Source of the DNA: an uncultured Pseudomonadota bacterium | GTDB lineage: Bacteria; Oederibacteriota; Muellerivitia; Muellerivitales; Muellerivitaceae | Assembly: GCA_963770835.1 (NCBI GenBank) | Contig: CAVYRH010000017.1 | Location: 1 to 16,588 of the forward strand | DNA length: 16,588 bases | Direction: 5' to 3' | Shown: positions 15,366 through 16,588 of the stretch, one piece after another | Numbering within the stretch: the first letter of the stretch is position 1 | Layout of the letters: every line of letters starts with the position of its first letter | Position numbers and translations under genes: made by a program | Notes under the pieces: generated by a model | What the model saw: only the letters and a program-made list of their open reading frames with translations | Database searches by the model: none | What the model was told of the DNA's origin: nothing

Positions 15366-15393
15366 TGTCCACGACGGGTCCCCGTCGTGGACA
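15366..15393. repeat. 28-bp palindromic inter-module site, copy 7 (perfect)
   Basis: TGTCCACGACGGG-TC-CCCGTCGTGGACA. Confidence 0.95.
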
Positions 15394-15465
15394 GGTGTTT
15401 CGTCAATCCCATAATTCATGTTAGCGATCATTCGCAAGGAAAATTTTAACTTATTTAAGGCGGCT

Positions 15466-16588
15466 TTAGCGGATGACCAGAACCTTTAATATTTTAGAGG
15501 CCTTGACCGGGCCGGTGACTTGAACCCTTAAGTAGTAAAGCCCGCTGGCCACCGGTTTTTTCCAGGCATCTTCCATATCCCAAACCAGAACCGTGCTATT
15601 GCCACTAACCCCATTGGAAACATCGAGTATCTTGCGGAAAGCCGTCGTGAAAACACTCCACTCGACGGTGGAACCAGCCGGTAACTGTATTTGTAAGGAC
15701 ACTGGACTCGGGCCTTGGACTGGGTTGGGATAAGGTGGGCCGATGCTGACCGTGGAAACGGTGGCCGAAGGACTGGGAGTCGCGGAGGCCGTGGGCGTGC
15801 CGGTGGGCTGGGGGGTCGGGCTCCAAGACGGGGTCGGCGTTTCCGTGCGGGTAGGGCTGTCCGAGGGCGACGGGGTGGGCGTAAAGGTCGCCGTGGGTGA
15901 GGAGGTGTCGGTAATCGTCGGCGTCAGGGTGGAGGTGGAGGTGGGAGTCCAAGTCGGAGTGAGCGTGGTGGAATTGGTGGCGGTTTCCGTCGCGGTGAAG
16001 GTGGCAGTCCAGCTTGCGGTGGGGGTCGGCGTAGCCGTCATCGAACTAGTGGGCGTGCCGGTGGGGGTCGAAGTGGCCGTCCAGGTGAGGGTGGCCGTCG
16101 GGCTCAAGGTCGCCGTATGGGTGGGTGTGAGAGTGGGGCTATTGGTGGCGGTCAGGGTGGGGGTGGATGTGGGAGTGGAAGTGTACCAGGTTCCCGTGGG
16201 GGTGGCGGTGGGCAGGTGGAGACGCCCGGGTAAAGCTGCAGGGAAGAAACCCCCTGGAAGGTGATCCCCGGCCCGGCCCAGTACAAAGCCGCCTCGGCGG
16301 CGGCAGTGTCCTGGTAGTAATCCATTTCGATGGGATAAAGGGCTCCCGCCTGCATGGTGAAGGGGGTGTGCCGGCCAGAAGGTATACGATTGGTCGGCCC
16401 AGTGGTTGACGATGGTGTAGGGCGTGGAAGTGGCGATGTCGGTCACGATCAGCCGACAGCCGTCGTCCGTCAAGGTGTAGAAAGTGTAGACACCCGTATT
16501 GGGCGGCTGTACGAACCCGGTGTATTCAATGGAAAATTTTGTCGATAAAACCCCGCAACCGGTGACCGTCAAGCCGCCACCCGACGAT
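15466..16588 (-). CDS. 5'-truncated secreted/surface protein: PA14 domain, Thr/Pro-rich linker, C-terminal FlgD-Ig / T9SS-CTD-like domain; two compensating frameshifts
   Basis: Frame open to the window edge. PA14-like [16 protein letters not shown]...DDG.RL, continued in another frame as [22 protein letters not shown]; long TPT repeats; tail PYPNP..VFT...RKI..WD..D....VASGLYY..KVLVIR. Confidence 0.8.
   Translation of the reverse strand, partial: SSGGGLTVTGCGVLSTKFSIEYTGFVQPPNTGVYTFYTLTDDGCRLIVTDIATSTPYTIVNHWADQSYTFWPAHPLHHAGGSPLSHRNGLLPGHCRRRGGFVLGRAGDHLPGGFFPAALPGRLHLPTATPTGTWYTSTPTSTPTLTATNSPTLTPTHTATLSPTATLTWTATSTPTGTPTSSMTATPTPTASWTATFTATETATNSTTLTPTWTPTSTSTLTPTITDTSSPTATFTPTPSPSDSPTRTETPTPSWSPTPQPTGTPTASATPSPSATVSTVSIGPPYPNPVQGPSPVSLQIQLPAGSTVEWSVFTTAFRKILDVSNGVSGNSTVLVWDMEDAWKKPVASGLYYLRVQVTGPVKASKILKVLVIR

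Noticed and set aside
1..15393. 28-bp palindromic repeats as a CRISPR array
   Set aside because: Spacing is 0.66-7 kb and contains whole genes; no cas genes in the window.
1..15393. Repeats as classical integron attC sites or XerC/D pdif sites
   Set aside because: No RYYYAAC/GTTRRRY ends or extrahelical-base pattern, shorter than attC, no intI. Arms do not resemble the AT-rich XerC/XerD consensus, and orientation does not alternate.
15365..15393. Arm TTGTCCACG as a DnaA box (origin)
   Set aside because: Only a partial match; copies are dispersed over kilobases, with no AT-rich unwinding region or dnaA/rep context.
15743..16264. 173-aa Val/Gly-rich plus-strand ORF
   Set aside because: Antisense shadow of the Thr/Pro repeat linker.

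Overview
Accessory bacterial DNA divided into gene modules by seven co-oriented copies of a 28-bp inverted-repeat site, consensus TGTCCACGACGGG-TC-CCCGTCGTGGACA (1-25, 5060-5087, 5886-5913, 12920-12947, 13581-13608, 14572-14599, 15366-15393). The modules, left to right: (1) a Fur-boxed iron/heme operon (hemP, small hypothetical, OprB-family porin, secreted propeller-like protein, EfeB-like DyP peroxidase); (2) a single lipoprotein; (3) a 7-kb mobile-element-like segment with an intact IS1380, two hypotheticals, frameshifted radC, a RelE/HigB-HTH addiction module, ardC, duplicated structured non-coding leaders, and a short serine recombinase ending 15 bp from a site; (4) BrnT/BrnA-type TA; (5) a secreted hypothetical; (6) VapBC TA. 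The 3' part of a PA14 / Thr-Pro / FlgD-Ig-like surface protein follows. Every gene except the recombinase is on the minus strand. The main candidate novelty is an integron-like cassette array built on short symmetric recombination-type sites rather than attC, possibly served by the serine recombinase. That link is inference. Several single-base indels suggest sequencing error.
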